Part shown: positions 39,453 through 49,169 of the stretch, one piece after another
Numbering within the stretch: the stretch's first letter is position 1
Layout of the letters: each line of letters starts with the position of its first letter
Assembly (NCBI GenBank): GCA_963666275.2
Contig: CAXXOA010000001.1
Span: forward strand, 2,176,001 to 2,240,000
DNA: 64,000 nt
Direction of reading: 5' to 3'
From: Oceanispirochaeta sp.
GTDB taxonomy: Bacteria > Spirochaetota > Spirochaetia > DSM-2461
Program-made: the position numbers and the translations under genes
Notes under the pieces: generated by a model
Told to the model about the DNA's origin: nothing
The model's input: only the letters and a program-made list of their open reading frames with translations
Database searches by the model: none

Positions 39453-39765
39453 GAAAGGCAACTCCTTCAATCAATAAAATACGTTGTGTTATTTTTAAGA
39501 ATGAATTGAGAATTGTAAAGTAGCCTTTCAGTGCCATTTTCTGTAATACATTTCCCATATATCTACTACTTAAAGTATTTTTTTGTTTATTTATAACACT
39601 CAAATACTACTTTCAGGGCTTTTCAGTTATATGTAAATTGGGTTTTATTTTTAAATTCATAAATTATCATTGATATATTTATAAAATCCTGTATTAATGT
39701 TGTATGTTATTCAGATAACAAGAGATTATTTCAGTACGAGGATTATCAGAAAACAGGTAAAAAAA
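39453..39765. promoter_or_regulatory. AT-rich divergent promoter region of the two CIS operons
   Basis: Intergenic and AT-rich between head-to-head operons; exact boxes not assigned. Confidence 0.5.
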
Positions 39766-40389
39766 ATGAAAATAGCAATTTTCAGCAAACATCCCTTAAT
39801 TTCAGAAATGATGACTCATTACTTCAGTTCTCTGGGAAGGGATATGAATATCTATTCGTATTATCCTGAAGAAATGGGATCGTTGAGAAAGGTTTTTGAC
39901 TACATTATCCTGAACAACCTGTGCCAGTTTGGGGATATAACGGCTTATGTGCAAAAAGCGCAGGAGTTTGTCAAAAACCGGAAAAACCTGATTCTTATCA
40001 ATGGTGACCATATGAACTGCCATATTAACGGATTTACCGTGTTTAGCGGAGCCAACAGCCTGCAGGATTTGACTCTTGCTATTACAAGCTCTTCCCCCTC
40101 TCCCAAAGATATGTCCCGGCCCTTTTCCATGCAGGAAATGATCTCCCATATGCCCCGGTCTTCACAGTTGCAGAATGATTTTTCTGATCTAACCCGGCAT
40201 CAGAAGGATATTTTAGGGTTTCTTTTAACCAATATGGATTATACCGTGATTGCCGATCATTTTGGAATTTCGATTAATACTCTGAAAAAACATAATACCA
40301 ACATCTTTAAAAAAATGAATGTTAGATCCCGGAATGAATTACAAAAACTCCTTATCCGGTCAGCCGTGTTATCCGAGTCCCAGACATAA
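39766..40389 (+). CDS. LuxR-type HTH regulator
   Basis: C-terminal LTRHQKDIL...IADHFGISINTLKKHNTNIFKKMNVRSR; degenerate receiver-like N-terminus. Confidence 0.85.
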   Translation: MKIAIFSKHPLISEMMTHYFSSLGRDMNIYSYYPEEMGSLRKVFDYIILNNLCQFGDITAYVQKAQEFVKNRKNLILINGDHMNCHINGFTVFSGANSLQDLTLAITSSSPSPKDMSRPFSMQEMISHMPRSSQLQNDFSDLTRHQKDILGFLLTNMDYTVIADHFGISINTLKKHNTNIFKKMNVRSRNELQKLLIRSAVLSESQT

Positions 40390-40408
40390 GTTTCAGGAGG
40401 TTTTCATA

Positions 40409-41041
40409 ATGAATGTTTTACAGACAGGTTTTGTTTCAGACAATCAGGATCCGGATCAGCTGGGGAGAGTCAAACTCTCCCTTTATCTGTCTGAAGTCGC
40501 CACAGAAACAGACTGGCTTCCTGTGATTCAGGGAATCGCCGGAGATGACAAGGGGATCTTCTGTCTTCCCGATACGGGGGATTTTGTGTTGGCTGTTTTT
40601 TCCGACAGCAGCCTGAAAAAGGGCTATGTTCTGGGCAGTACCTGGACCCAGGACGCAGCCCTCCCCCTCTCTGAGGAAAACGGTGACGCCGATCTGAACG
40701 GAGACGGCAACAACGCCTTGAGGATGATCAGAAGCAAATCGGGTCAGCGCATTATTCTGGACGATACCGAAGGGGCTGAGAAGATCCAGGTTCTCAACAC
40801 CGACGGCACCAGCCGGCTGGAACTCAATGCCGAAGAGGAGATGATCAGTCTGCTGAGCGAGCAGGATGTGACCCTGAATGCCAAAACAACAGTGAGCATT
40901 AGGACCGAAGAGATGACAGTAGAAACAGACGGAGACCTTACCATTCAGTGCGATAATCTGGGAGTGGAACCCGGTGGGGATGCCAATCTGAAAGGCAGCG
41001 GCGGAATAGTTCTGGAAGGCAAAGGCGTAGGGATAAACTGA
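40409..41041 (+). CDS. gp5/GpV spike protein (OB-fold plus short beta-helix)
   Basis: DNQDPDQLGRVK, LPDTGDFVLAVF, SKSGQRIILDD; AGGAGG RBS. Confidence 0.9.
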   Translation: MNVLQTGFVSDNQDPDQLGRVKLSLYLSEVATETDWLPVIQGIAGDDKGIFCLPDTGDFVLAVFSDSSLKKGYVLGSTWTQDAALPLSEENGDADLNGDGNNALRMIRSKSGQRIILDDTEGAEKIQVLNTDGTSRLELNAEEEMISLLSEQDVTLNAKTTVSIRTEEMTVETDGDLTIQCDNLGVEPGGDANLKGSGGIVLEGKGVGIN

Positions 41042-42927
41042 TGGCCTGGGGATTCAGCACTATACTGGAAGAGTTTAAACAGGATTACTATGACCCTACC
41101 GATCCCATTGACCGGATGGTATACGAGGAAAACCAGAGGAAACAGAACTTCTCCTTCGGGATCGTTACGGATAATCAGGACCCGGACAAACGGGGGCGTA
41201 TCAAAGTTCACTTACCCATGATTGCCAAAGACTACATCAGCAGATGGATCTGGATATTCCGCCCCTACGGGGGAGATAACAAGGGGATCTGGGCCCTGCC
41301 TGATATCGGTGATCAGGTGATGATCGCTTTTATCAGAGGCGATATCCATCACCCCGTCTGCCTCGGTGGAATGTATACTCCGAGGCACAGGCCTCCGATC
41401 AAAGACAATCCGGACAACAATATCAAAGCCATCAAAACCAAAGGCTGTTACCTTCTTATGGACGAGACTCCCGGAGAAGAGCGGATGGAAGCCTCCCTCA
41501 AGGACGGACAGATCCGCGTGGTGATCGATACCAAGGGCGTGCATCTGACCAATGAATTGGGAGGTATCGATATCCAGTGCCGGAAACTGACCATTGCCGG
41601 AGGGGCAGTCCAGTTTCAGACCGAAAAAGACCTGAGCCTCAAGACAGGTGGAAATCTGACCATGGAATCCCAGAGCACCCTGGCCCTCAGCGCTGGCGGA
41701 GAGATTACCATAAAGGGTAGCTCTGTCGACCTGAAAGGCAGCACGGGAGTCACCGCCGAGGGCAAACAGATAGCCAAGGAGAGTGATCCTGTAGCGGGTA
41801 TGGACCTGCACGACATAGAGGTTCCCTCCAGCAAAGGAACCCAAAAAGTCCCGGCTATCCCCCACCCTTATATGGGAAAACTGGTAGATAAACTGAGCGG
41901 CGATGTTTCTGTAGGCGGCAAAGCCGCAGCTACACAGGGCTCGAAAAGTGAATTCGGTGCTCCCGGTCATTTCCCGATGCTCCCGGGAATCAAGTTTTCC
42001 AGCAATCCCGACAATATGGGAGAGGTCACAGGCGGCTGCATCGACAGCGTAAAAATCAATGGCAACCCGGCGGCAGTTTTAGGCAGCACGGTCAGCACCT
42101 GTGACGATGCGGGCCAGAGCGACCACTGTACGGTAGTCGCACCCGGCACGGTAGTCACCTTCCCCATCCAGTACCCCGGGCAGGACCCGGAGCAGTACAA
42201 ACGGGACGGCGGATTGCCGATCAATGTGTCAAACCCTGCAGTGTATACTCCGGAAGATATTGCCTACAGGGATCAGCCCAAGAGCCTGACCGCCCTGCAG
42301 TGGAGTGCCAGCGAGGTCAACAAAGGCGAAGAGGTTACCCTCAGCTGTTCCACCAGCGGAGTGAAAGACGGTGCGGGGGTGATGTTCAGTATCTATCCCG
42401 AAGGGGCGAACACGGAGGTTGATCCGCCTTTGATGGATATCAGGGGCAAAAACAAAGGCAGCCGGGCTGAGGTGAAGTGGATTGCCAAAGACATTCGCAA
42501 ACCCGACGGGGATCAGCCTATGAAGTGGTTCTTTACTGCCTGGACGCTGTATTGTCCGAAAGAAGAGAGCGGTGAGATTCGGGTGCTGAATCCCAGAGTA
42601 ATAGATATGGAGTGGGAGAAAGACGCTGTATTCTGGGGAAATGAAATTAAACTTATTATCAATTCTTTTGAAGCAAGTAATTCGTCTAAAAATTACTCTT
42701 TAGAATTATGGGAGCAGGATATCTCAAATCCCGATGATTTCATTAACAACCAGGAAATTTCGATAACTGATGATTCCTTTGAAATAACCTACACATTAGA
42801 CTTTGATCTATCCCTTGTATCTGATTTTAACAGTGAAAAAGAGTACCAGTTGTACTGCAGAATTCTTGATAAAGAAGGAAATGAACTAAAGACCTCCCCT
42901 ATTTGTGAAATGCATGGAGATTACTAA
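41041..42927 (+). CDS. gp5/GpV-PAAR fusion with C-terminal Ig/TTR-like extensions
   Basis: DNQDPDKRGRIKV, LPDIGDQVMIAF; PAAR-like D..AGMDLH..PHPY..VGGKAAA..INGNPAA..TCDD; extension with LWEQD..PDDF. Confidence 0.85.
   Translation: MAWGFSTILEEFKQDYYDPTDPIDRMVYEENQRKQNFSFGIVTDNQDPDKRGRIKVHLPMIAKDYISRWIWIFRPYGGDNKGIWALPDIGDQVMIAFIRGDIHHPVCLGGMYTPRHRPPIKDNPDNNIKAIKTKGCYLLMDETPGEERMEASLKDGQIRVVIDTKGVHLTNELGGIDIQCRKLTIAGGAVQFQTEKDLSLKTGGNLTMESQSTLALSAGGEITIKGSSVDLKGSTGVTAEGKQIAKESDPVAGMDLHDIEVPSSKGTQKVPAIPHPYMGKLVDKLSGDVSVGGKAAATQGSKSEFGAPGHFPMLPGIKFSSNPDNMGEVTGGCIDSVKINGNPAAVLGSTVSTCDDAGQSDHCTVVAPGTVVTFPIQYPGQDPEQYKRDGGLPINVSNPAVYTPEDIAYRDQPKSLTALQWSASEVNKGEEVTLSCSTSGVKDGAGVMFSIYPEGANTEVDPPLMDIRGKNKGSRAEVKWIAKDIRKPDGDQPMKWFFTAWTLYCPKEESGEIRVLNPRVIDMEWEKDAVFWGNEIKLIINSFEASNSSKNYSLELWEQDISNPDDFINNQEISITDDSFEITYTLDFDLSLVSDFNSEKEYQLYCRILDKEGNELKTSPICEMHGDY
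42055..42597. repeat. Direct repeat shared with 46706-47248
   Basis: Near-identical DNA by eye over about 540 bp. Confidence 0.92.
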
Positions 42928-42937
42928 GGATATGCCA

Positions 42938-44035
42938 ATGAAACAGAAGATCCTCATACTCTTATGGCTTATTGCCAATATCAATATTTTTTCAAATGAT
43001 CTCTTCACTCCCAAGATAAATCATGGGGAACTGATAGAACTGAATGTAAACACCATCGCTCAAACTCTGGGTATAAGTGAAGAGGACGTTAAGGCCCATC
43101 CCCCGGAGAAAGAGGGATTCGGTCCCATAGAAAGTTATGGGGAATATCATGAATTCTTTCAGATCCTATCTATGATACCCCGCGGTTTTTTCATACAGGA
43201 TATACCGGAAGAAGGGCTTACTTTCTATCGGGTAATGTATGAGGTGGAACAGCAACATGCCATTACCGATGAAGTACTCTGTTATGAGCGAATATTCTAC
43301 CAGGATAGAGACACGGGGGAAATTATTCTGAGTTATGAAGACTATATGAACTATAAAGCCAGAGGTTGGCAGTTAAGTACACCGGAAATTGAGAAGGGTG
43401 TAATGCTTATTGTCAGAAACGGCAGCTATGACGGTGTTATGGTTTACCGGTTGTGGTATGAGGATGTTTACGAAATGGAAGATCCTCCCCGGTATGAGAC
43501 AAAAAATAGGCATGAAGCTTTTGTATACTTTTTTGGTGATGGAGAAAAAACAGCTGTTCCCGATAACTTTGAAGACCCGGATATCCATATTACCGCATCC
43601 AATCCTCTTATAGACAGGGATGATAGATTCAAATACACCATACAAAACGCTTTCGATCAGAATCCGGCCACCAGTTATGTGGAGGATACGGAGGATGACT
43701 TAATGGAGGTAAGTATTTCTTTTTCTGACGAGTATTACAATGCTTTATTGGATAAGAATATTTCAATTGTATCTAGACGAATTATAAATGGATATGCTCA
43801 GGATGGAAATTTATATCAACTAAACAATCGTATTAAAAAAGAAAAAAGTTATGAGTTAGTAGATAATTTCCTAGATTATCAAATAATGCCAAGAAAATAT
43901 ACTGAACTTGGTGTTGGTTATAGAATAATCGTCAAAGACATATATAAAGGATCAAAATACAACGATACATGTTTAGCAGAATATGATTGGAAAATGAATA
44001 TTGGAGATTGGATTTTTGGAGGTTATGATGAGTAA
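42938..44035 (+). CDS. Exported protein with NADase-type glycan-binding C-terminal domain, putative immunity
   Basis: Signal peptide; ASNPL...NAFDQNPATSYVE...INGY...NNRIK...KGSKYNDTCLAE. Confidence 0.7.
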   Translation: MKQKILILLWLIANINIFSNDLFTPKINHGELIELNVNTIAQTLGISEEDVKAHPPEKEGFGPIESYGEYHEFFQILSMIPRGFFIQDIPEEGLTFYRVMYEVEQQHAITDEVLCYERIFYQDRDTGEIILSYEDYMNYKARGWQLSTPEIEKGVMLIVRNGSYDGVMVYRLWYEDVYEMEDPPRYETKNRHEAFVYFFGDGEKTAVPDNFEDPDIHITASNPLIDRDDRFKYTIQNAFDQNPATSYVEDTEDDLMEVSISFSDEYYNALLDKNISIVSRRIINGYAQDGNLYQLNNRIKKEKSYELVDNFLDYQIMPRKYTELGVGYRIIVKDIYKGSKYNDTCLAEYDWKMNIGDWIFGGYDE

Positions 44036-46460
44036 AGCTCATATCCGGAATCTACCTATCCCTTATTTTTCTCAGAGAGAAAATATGTATGAATGGAAAG
44101 AGAGAGAACCAAAGGAAATTTGGAGTGATGAACAGGAGAAAGACATCCCAAATCCAAATGCTGGTAATGTAATTTACTGGACAGCTGAGGATGAAGTAGC
44201 TAATGCAAACCATAAAGAAGGAACACCTAAAAAAACAGAGACCATGTCCCTTTGCAGTTGTAACATAACCTGTCTGGCAATGCTGCTTCAATACTGCGGA
44301 ATAACCGATGATACTCCTGACGATATAATGGAAAAAATCTTCTCCGCAGCTACGGATGAAGATAATGATGAATTAAGGGCTATCAAGGAAGAGAATTATT
44401 CACATGGGCCATCGAATGTATTAAGCATAAGATCCCACAAACGAATTGTAAAAGCCTTATATAATATCGATACGGTTGATTTAGGTTACTCCAGCAACCT
44501 GGAATACCTTAAGGAAACAGTGGCCAGCGGTTTTCCTGTCATGATTAGTTGTGGAATTCTTAGACGTCACACAGAATCATTCTACCAAAGCATTATTGAT
44601 GGAGCAAGTAACGCTCATCTATACTCATACTCCCATGATGGAATAAGAAATGTTCATGATGATTTACTCTCAATTTACAGGAACAATTATGGGACCAGCT
44701 ATGAGGAAGATCTTTCTGAAGCTCTGGAAGAATTAGAAGCTGCATCTACAGATGAAGAAATAAACACTGCCAATCAGAAAATTGAAACGATTGAGAATCA
44801 GCAGGAACAAGTAAAAGAAGAAGTTCTTCAGTACTGTCTTGATGATTATAGAACACACGGTCATTATATCGTTGTAAGAGGATTTACCGAGGATTCTGTC
44901 ATAATCAACGATCCATGGGGTGATCCAACAGATTTCAATGGCAATTTTCCCAGCGATGGGAAGGGAAATTACTACAACAGTTCCCCCTTTGGAGATAATA
45001 TTACCATTTCCCTTGAGGACTTTGAAAAACAGTATAATGCAGACGGTACTCTTTGGTCGTCCTTAGTAATTAGACATAATCTGTGGAACTTCGTATTTGC
45101 TTCAAATACGGATAGAAGAGTCGTCCCTCCGCAAACTCTTCTTAATGGTTTTTATGAGCAAGAAATCTATGAGTACGGGGGTTACCCCATGAAAAGGAGT
45201 AATCTCTGGCATAATGGGATTCACCTGAAAGCCGACAACATAAGAGGAGTCTATCCTATCGGTCCTGGTCAAATCATCGCCGCAAGGATTCTGGATGAAG
45301 ACTTAAGCAACCCGGACAATAATCCTGCTCCAATTAATGGTAATAGATGTTTTGTTCTGATAAAACATAATTTAAATATCAACAGTGAAATCAAATCTTT
45401 CTTTTCACTATATATGCATTTAAAACCTGAAGAAAATCTGGAATCGAAAATATCAAACTATCCGGTACAACCCCTGCAAGCGGATTGGTTGGAGGAGATA
45501 ATCTTTCGTTCTAAAAAAGTCATGAAAGTAAAAGATAGTAGGACTCCCTCCATCTTCAGTGTTGAAGATGATAGAAATCTTGGCTCATTTACAGCAGGAA
45601 CATTATTCCCCTATGAGAGCTGTGATGATCAAAAAATCTACTTCAATTTTGAAATATCTGGACAAACAAGAGAATGCTACTCCTTTATGACAGATGATTT
45701 CTATATTTATCCAAGTGCCTATAAAAGCAATTCAGAAGAGATTATGGATAAATATCAAAGTGTTCTTGATTCATTAGCCCAGGGCAGAACAACATATTTC
45801 ACAGAACTGCCTGATCCTGTAATAGAAGTGACCGCGTCCACATGTATCGGAAAAACTGGAGTCTTTGGTGGTTATAATGCAGAAAATAGAGGAATGATTC
45901 ACCTTGAAATATTCAGCGACGATATTATTATACCTCAATTTGATGAATATGGGTTTAATCCAGAGCCTATCTATCTTGAGGATTCACCTACTGCAATGTG
46001 TAACAGAGAAGAAATGATAGGTCTTTTTGATAAATTTGGCTTATACAACACCATTGCAGAAGGATCACGATTTATCCATCTACAGGATGGAATCATTTCT
46101 AAAGCGGAAATGCAGGCGTATTATAATCAGAAGCCGGCAATTCTGAGAAATATGATTTGCCAACATAAAAGTGAATGGTATGAAGGAATCAATTGGGAAG
46201 ATGAGTTAGCGAATGCGGTGGGAGTCCCTTTTGGTATTCCTTTAATCCATAATGTATTGGAAGACAAATTAATAGAAAACCTGCAGGAGTATATTAACAG
46301 AATTTATAACCCCTACAAATGGCTGAATGATGGAGATTGTTTGAATGCCATGAATCTGGAATCCTCTGATAATCTAGCAAACGGGTGTGCCACATACTAT
46401 CACCCTATAAAATTCCTTGAATGGCTTGTGGAATATCAGAACCAAGTTATTACAGATTAG
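44028..46460 (+). CDS. Putative spike effector: C39-like cysteine peptidase plus M23-like domain
   Basis: PYFSQ, CNITCLAM, GHYIVVRG, INDPWG; then WHNGIHL, LYMHL, IHLEIF, HKSEW, YYHPIKF; no signal peptide. Confidence 0.75.
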   Translation: MSKAHIRNLPIPYFSQRENMYEWKEREPKEIWSDEQEKDIPNPNAGNVIYWTAEDEVANANHKEGTPKKTETMSLCSCNITCLAMLLQYCGITDDTPDDIMEKIFSAATDEDNDELRAIKEENYSHGPSNVLSIRSHKRIVKALYNIDTVDLGYSSNLEYLKETVASGFPVMISCGILRRHTESFYQSIIDGASNAHLYSYSHDGIRNVHDDLLSIYRNNYGTSYEEDLSEALEELEAASTDEEINTANQKIETIENQQEQVKEEVLQYCLDDYRTHGHYIVVRGFTEDSVIINDPWGDPTDFNGNFPSDGKGNYYNSSPFGDNITISLEDFEKQYNADGTLWSSLVIRHNLWNFVFASNTDRRVVPPQTLLNGFYEQEIYEYGGYPMKRSNLWHNGIHLKADNIRGVYPIGPGQIIAARILDEDLSNPDNNPAPINGNRCFVLIKHNLNINSEIKSFFSLYMHLKPEENLESKISNYPVQPLQADWLEEIIFRSKKVMKVKDSRTPSIFSVEDDRNLGSFTAGTLFPYESCDDQKIYFNFEISGQTRECYSFMTDDFYIYPSAYKSNSEEIMDKYQSVLDSLAQGRTTYFTELPDPVIEVTASTCIGKTGVFGGYNAENRGMIHLEIFSDDIIIPQFDEYGFNPEPIYLEDSPTAMCNREEMIGLFDKFGLYNTIAEGSRFIHLQDGIISKAEMQAYYNQKPAILRNMICQHKSEWYEGINWEDELANAVGVPFGIPLIHNVLEDKLIENLQEYINRIYNPYKWLNDGDCLNAMNLESSDNLANGCATYYHPIKFLEWLVEYQNQVITD

Positions 46461-46560
46461 GCCAAAACATTCCCATAGCCTGTTCCGGCGGCATGGGAAA
46501 TCCTGGAGAAAGGAGAAATTCTCCGGGTTAAGTATTGGAGGCGCCGCAGGGTCTGCCCCG

Positions 46561-46646
46561 GGACTGGTCGAAAGCAAGCTTTATGCTCGCCCATGCAACC
46601 CGGGTAGACGGGACCGTCTCAAAGCCTGACCCCGCCGCAGGCGGGG
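46561..46646. repeat. Small dispersed element related to 59561-59612, plus CCCGCCGCAGGCGGG palindrome
   Basis: ggactggtcgaaagcaagct..tgctcgcccatgca..agacggg vs gggctggtcggaagccagct..tgctcgcctatgca..agacggg. Confidence 0.6.
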
Positions 46647-46672
46647 AAACTCCCTAAAATCAGAGGATCAGC

Positions 46673-47593
46673 ATGATTACTGGCAGCAACATCAAAGCCA
46701 TCAATATCAATGGCAACCCGGCGGCAGTTTTAGGAAGTACTGTCAGCACCTGTGACGATGCGGGCCAGAGCGACCACTGTACGGTAGTCGCACCCGGCAC
46801 GGTAATCACCTTCCCCATCCAGTACCCCGGGCAGGACCAGGAGCAGTACAAACGGGACGGCGGTTTGCCCATCAATGTGTCAAACCCTGCGGTGTATACT
46901 CCGGAAGATATTGCCTACAGGGATCAGCCCAAGAGCCTGACCGCCCTGCAGTGGAGTGCCAGCGAGGTCAACAAGGGAGATGAAGTCACCCTGAGCTGTT
47001 CCACCAGCGGTGTAAGAGAGGGCGCGGGAGTGATGTTCAGTATCTATCCCGAGGGGGCGGATACGGCAACAGATCCCCCTTTGATGGATATCAGGGGAAA
47101 AAACAAAGGCAGCCGGGCTGAGGTGAAGTGGATTGCCAAAGACATTCGCAAACCCGACGGGGATCAGCCTATGAAGTGGTTTTTTACCGCCTGGACGCTG
47201 TATTGTCAGAAAGAAGAGAGCGGAGTTATACAGGTGTTGAATCCCAGGATAACAGATGTGTCATGGAAAAAGAAATCCTGTTTTCTGGGAGAGAAAGCGG
47301 AACTCACTATTAAGAGTTTTGAGATGAGTAATAAATCTCCTACAATCTCTATTGAACTTTGGGAAGAAGATGAGAATAGTCCTGATGATTTTGTACTTAC
47401 ACAGGAAGAAAAAATCGACTCTGACGAAATCTCAGTAACCATACCCTTTGATTTTTCACAGGAAGAACTGGAAAGACTCTCCGATTTTGATATGGACACG
47501 GAAGGTGATCTTGAAATATTTCCTGTTCTGAAATACCAGGATGAGAAACTGGACACGAAACCCGGAATAGTACGAATAAAGACAGGAGCCTGA
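46673..47593 (+). pseudogene. Duplicated 3' part of gp5-PAAR with an alternative last domain
   Basis: Begins mid-PAAR; near-identical for ~180 aa, then a diverged homologous domain (LWEED..PDDF). Confidence 0.8.
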
Positions 47594-47596
47594 GTT

Positions 47597-48751
47597 TTGA
47601 AAAAGTATTTTTTATTCTTATTACTTATGATCAGCACATACCTGAGCGCTACCACTTTAAACGAGTTTGTTCCCTACAATATGTATGACACGCCCCGGGA
47701 AGAGATAGAAGATTTCTACAACTTTGCCGTTGAGAATAATATTCCTACCGCGGGAATAACCACTCTGGATCAAATGCATGTTCTTGCCAGGGGAGTGAAA
47801 AAGCTCTTCCGTATATATAAGGAAGAGATAGGCGGACATACCTTCTATCACGCTTTCTATACAACAAGGCGTCACGGCCTTGCTCGAGAAAATGACCCCT
47901 ATTTTAGAGATGATATTACTGAGGACGATATAACTTGTGCAAGAATGATTGATCCCTGGGTGGATAATCTTTATGAATTTATGGATGACAAACCCGAGTT
48001 TGGCAAAATTGAAGATAATCCCTATCCAATGATTTACCAGAGGCTTTACCTGGAGACAGGGAATGGATTGAAATATCTGGATGAGGCGGAATATTTTCTT
48101 TCGTTCAACCGTCCGGGTCCCACAACAATTGGAATAGAAATTGGATCCCTGCAACCCTGGTCTCTGGAGGATGAATTTGGTTATTGGTCAGTTCTTTATA
48201 TTAAAAGTAAACAGTTAGGAATGTATGATTCAGTATCCTATGGACAATCTCATAGGGCCAAACGTGTTTACCTTGATGAGGAAGGTGAGAACATAGGACA
48301 GATAGATATTGAAGCCAGCAATCCTCTGATCGATTCCCAAAGACCTTTCCGCTATCTGATTCTCAACGCCTTCGATCAGAATCCGGCCACCAGTTATGTG
48401 GAGGATACAGAAGATGATTTGATGGACTTTGTAGGATTGTATTCAGATTCTTTACAAGTTTATCTACATAATAAAAAAACTGAATTAATAGGATTAAGAT
48501 TAGTTAATGGTTTTGCAAAAAATCAAAGACTATATTTTGAGAATAACATAATTACAAAAATTGGAAGTAATATCCTTAAAAAAACAATAGATTATCAGTT
48601 CATCAAGTATCCAGCACCTCAAATGTCTATTGGGATAGGATTTGGCGCAACAGAAATTAGTAAAGGAACAAAGTTTAATGACACTTGCTTAGCTGAGATT
48701 GATTGGCAACTAACAGATGGATCTTACCTTATAGGAGGTCGGTTTGAATAA
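47597..48751 (+). CDS. Exported NADase-type glycan-binding domain protein, putative immunity paralog 2
   Basis: Signal peptide; NAFDQNPATSYVEDTEDDLM identical to paralog 1, N-terminal part divergent. Confidence 0.7.
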   Translation: MKKYFLFLLLMISTYLSATTLNEFVPYNMYDTPREEIEDFYNFAVENNIPTAGITTLDQMHVLARGVKKLFRIYKEEIGGHTFYHAFYTTRRHGLARENDPYFRDDITEDDITCARMIDPWVDNLYEFMDDKPEFGKIEDNPYPMIYQRLYLETGNGLKYLDEAEYFLSFNRPGPTTIGIEIGSLQPWSLEDEFGYWSVLYIKSKQLGMYDSVSYGQSHRAKRVYLDEEGENIGQIDIEASNPLIDSQRPFRYLILNAFDQNPATSYVEDTEDDLMDFVGLYSDSLQVYLHNKKTELIGLRLVNGFAKNQRLYFENNIITKIGSNILKKTIDYQFIKYPAPQMSIGIGFGATEISKGTKFNDTCLAEIDWQLTDGSYLIGGRFE

Positions 48752-49169
48752 TTCTCGTATAAGAAATCTTCCAATTCCTTATTTTTCTCAACGGGAGAAT
48801 CTTTATTCTTGGAAACAAAGAGAGCCAGCATACAAAGGTATTGATGAAGTAACACAATTGCCAATTTCTAATCCCAATAAAGGTAACATCATCCAATGGA
48901 CATCAGAAGATGAAGCTATAGATCCAACCCATAAAGCAGGTACTCCAAAAAATCAAAGATCCCTGGCATATAGCAGCTGCAATATAACCTGTCTCTGTAT
49001 GGTGCTGAATTACCTGGGGATTTCCCATGAAACCCCGACTCAGATGCTTGAAAAAGCCTTTGATGTGAACGACCCCAAAAACACTGATTTTCTCAATCTT
49101 CTTAATGAAAGCGGATTAATCCTGAAACACAGGATTATCATCGGAAATGATATCTTTCACAAAGGTTGA
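48744..49169 (+). pseudogene. Truncated paralog of the C39-like effector
   Basis: IRNLPIPYFSQREN...SCNITCLCM present; His/Asp half missing; ORF reads on into the antisense udk 3' end. Confidence 0.8.

Noticed and set aside
46680..46710. AACATCAAAGCCATCAA resembling ~41418, suggesting an internal deletion of gp5-PAAR
   Set aside because: ITGSNIKAININGNP aligns directly with VTGGCIDSVKINGNP, so a diverged allele is the simpler explanation
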